A stretch of 64,000 nt of DNA from Scyliorhinus canicula (Eukaryota): contig NC_052171.1 of assembly GCF_902713615.1 (NCBI RefSeq), positions 8,583,209 through 8,647,208 of the forward strand, in the 5' to 3' direction. Below are positions 60,857-64,000 of this stretch, piece after piece. The first letter of the stretch is position 1, and each line of letters opens with the position of its first letter. The notes below the pieces were generated by a model. That model searched no databases. It was not told the origin of the DNA and was given only the letters and a program-made list of their open reading frames with translations. A program made the translations under genes and the position numbers.

Positions 60857-62079
60857 GAAAAACAGCGTTAAACCTACTGTGGGTGCAGAGGCATTTCTTT
60901 AAGTTGTCTCAAAGACTTCGAGGTTCGTGCAACCGTCCCTATCATGCGTCCGGCGCATGTTTCCAACTCCGCTACGGGAATATGGATGGCACCCCTTCAA
61001 TTAAAAACCATTTACAAAAAAGTTTTTACACTTGTACATTTAGTGCCTGAGAACGAGAGAAACTGAGTTTACAATAAATAAATGGAACAAATGTTAACCG
61101 CGTTGCTCCAATAAGCTGAATAATGTTAGATGGGTGACTGTTTATTTTGAAAGGGCGAGGACAAAGAAAGTGTTTGATGATGGTCAGAAAAAAAGCACAG
61201 TTACAACTACAAGCAGCAGCGACAGTGCACTGTAGGAGCCACAGACAGTGTCACAATTCTTCTCCAGTCACATCCAGAACATTCAAATGTAACATTACAA
61301 CTGTGCCCACTCAATCTGATCCAGAATGCATCCACCGAGGCGAAGCAGGTCACAGCCCAGGATAGTCTGTGCTTCCCAACTGGAGCCGGTTGGTTTATCC
61401 CCAAAAAAGCCACATCCCAGCTGCTTTCACTAAACTCCCAAGTCATTGAACCAAAGCTGCAAGTCACGCTGACAATTGGCCAACTAGAAAATCTCATCCT
61501 GACTCATAACTGGCTGAGTATCCATATTCAGAATAGCTTAACAGAAACATCCACTGCCAGATTTCACCCAGATACAGCCGTCCCAGTTCCTTTTCTAATA
61601 AAAAACATTTTTTTAACCACTTTTGTGGATTGGTTTGCTTCTCACCTAAAAATTGCAGCATGATTAATTATAATAGGCATGCCATTAACTTCGTCAACAG
61701 GCTATTTATAAATGTTGTTTATAGCACATTCAAACATACTTCTTGACAAGCTGTTTCTCACTATTCCAGCACACTTTAATTCTGGATTTTGCCAGGAAGG
61801 ATCAGGAGAGACGATGAAATAAATGGGATATTTAGTTAAGATATGCAAGAAAAGCCTGGAAATGCACATACATAAATCTTGGAAGATGACAGAACGAGTT
61901 GAGCAACACACCAAGGCTCCTTTGATAGCATCTTCCAAACCCGTGACTTCTCCCACCGAGAAGGACAAGGGCAGCAGAGGCACACCACCGACTGCAAGCT
62001 CCCCTCCAAGCCACCCACCAATCTGATTTGGAAATATATCGCCCTTCCGTCACTCGCCAAGACGAAGAGGGAAACTTTT

Positions 62080-62376
62080 TAATAATCTTTATTGTCACAA
62101 GTAGGCTTACATTAACACTGCAATGAAGTGACTGTGAAAAGCCCCTCGTCGCCACATTCCGGCGCCTGTTCAGGTACACAGCGGGAGAATTCAGAACGTC
62201 CAATTCACTTAACAGCACATGTTTCGGGACTATTGAGAGGAAACTGGAGCACCCGGAGGAAACCCACGCAGACACGGGGAGAACGTGCAGATTCGGCAGA
62301 CTGACCCAGCGGGGAATCGAACCTGGGACCCTGGCGCTGTGAAGCAAGTGCGAACCACTGAGCTACCGTGCCACCC
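62080..62376 (-). mobile_element. SINE (second subfamily)
   Basis: Family similarity. Confidence 0.88.
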
Positions 62377-64000
62377 ATAAACTCGATATGAGCGCTGCCA
62401 ATCTACTCATGTCTTCCTGGAGGCAGGGAAAGCGGAACAAATAGCGTGAGTCATTGGCAGCAGATCATAGGTTAGCACAGGACTATATTGTAAATCCATC
62501 TGAGGACAGTCACCGTAAGGTTTTGGGTAGTCTCCAATGCGCTTGAAATTAGACCGAGTTTGCCGACTAGTTTCTCTCAGGAGAAAGATGGCCCATTTGT
62601 TGACTGGAAAATGACTGGCGGACAATGCATCGCGGCGAGGAAATTACTCCCAAGTCAAATATTATTCTCATTCACTAACAAGTTGCTTTCCAACCATATT
62701 GAACTTGAGAAAATACAGCGTCGGCTCCCGTTTGAAATCAGAATGACTCCTCACCTCAAGTCATTTACTGATTTTGGACTGCGCACACCTTCACTCAGCG
62801 CATCCCTTGATATCTGTTGCAACTATCCCCAACCCTTATACCCCTGTCTACTTTGAAAAGTGCACGTTTCCATTCAGGAGCCATTCCCACCCACTTCACC
62901 AGGTTCGTGTTGACTGACAAGTTGGGTCCACTCAACTGATTATAAAACAAGCATGTTGCGACTTGACAATTTTCCAAGCCCTGTTTCCAAGATTGTGATC
63001 TGTTACAACCAGCACAACTGGAGAGCAAGTGAAAACAAAGTCCCATCGTTTTATTTTTGAAAGTGTAACTTTATTTTCAATCAATGTGATTTTTAACATA
63101 GGCAGTGTCAAGAACGTTGAGTGAAACACTGTATTAACCAGTTCAAATCCTGCACAGTCCCGGCCAATATCAGTATTCAATCTCACTCTACGCTGGTCAA
63201 ATACGCCTCTGATTTACGTAACCACCTTACGAGTAGTTATTTAACTCTGCAACAGTATCGTCAGTCCACTCACGCAATGAGACTCGACGCAAGCCTAATT
63301 TAGAGAGAGGGAAAATGTGGTACATACCAGGAGCAAAGGTTCCCTCACCAATATTGCGCGTTTAACATGCAATCGTATCGTGCTGGGATTTCAATATCAC
63401 ATGGTGTGTGAAACCTTCAGGAGTGGGATAAGCATCCAGCAGTACAGCGAGAGGCTGTGCCCCGTCAGGGGGCCACTTTTTGAGCTGTATGAAACTGGGG
63501 TAAAGCAAGAAGCCCTGTTACTGGGGGTGGGTTTAAGTATAACAGTGAATTATGAGGGCTATAGGCAAGATAAGTAAACTATTGGATTAACTGTGTTTTT
63601 TGTTAATATTGCTGTTTCTCGGTAAATGAAAAATAAAAGATTCTCGCTGAAGAGCCCCACAACTACAGAAGATGCCCAACTTCGGAGGTACGTGACAGAA
63701 ATATAGTCCAATATGCAAAACAAGTTACATCTTTGGCTGAAAACACGCTAGAAAGCACATTTAAGTAATTCACACAATCCCAAAATAAAATATTCATCAG
63801 GAAGGGTAGCATTGCACATTAGAGCAATGTACCTGGTGAGTGCTGCATGGTGTCGGGCACAATCTAAGCACATCTCCCCCCACCTCAGAGATTACTTCAT
63901 ATTCAGATGATCCCTTGTTTTAGTATCCTTTACAGGAACGCGTCTGCAGTGATTGCAGACAGTCAGCGAGGTTAGCAGGCGAGCCAGACTAGAACAAACC

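Noticed and set aside
62400-64000. Exons of a further gene at the right edge
   Set aside because: No recognisable peptide or consistent splice structure could be supported.

Overview
Eukaryotic genomic DNA, most likely from a cartilaginous fish (shark), inferred from the dominant tRNA-derived SINEs, CR1/L2/RTE LINE debris and Penelope-like elements. Four protein-coding loci are recognisable. (1) The first coding exon of a cGMP-dependent protein kinase I alpha-type gene (minus strand, 2989-3236; the rest lies off the left edge). (2) A nine-coding-exon ATAD1/Msp1 AAA-ATPase gene resembling teleost atad1a (minus strand, 40418 to 29620), with an apparent 1-nt frameshift in its N-terminal leader. 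(3) A four-exon WBP1/WBP1L-family gene (plus strand, 46682-56231), arranged head-to-head with atad1. (4) An intronless profilin (plus strand, 60434-60856). Non-genic highlights: a ~12-kb array of ~500 24-bp units with higher-order duplications and open frames on both strands; a Penelope-like GIY-YIG element whose terminal repeats carry minimal hammerhead ribozymes and whose inverted terminal repeat is split by nested CR1 and SINE insertions; a 33-bp NRF1/E-box VNTR in the atad1 CpG island; a six-fold TALE(DECA)-CCAAT module array in the wbp1 promoter; and decayed hAT/Buster transposons. Homology calls rest on recalled family motifs, not database searches.
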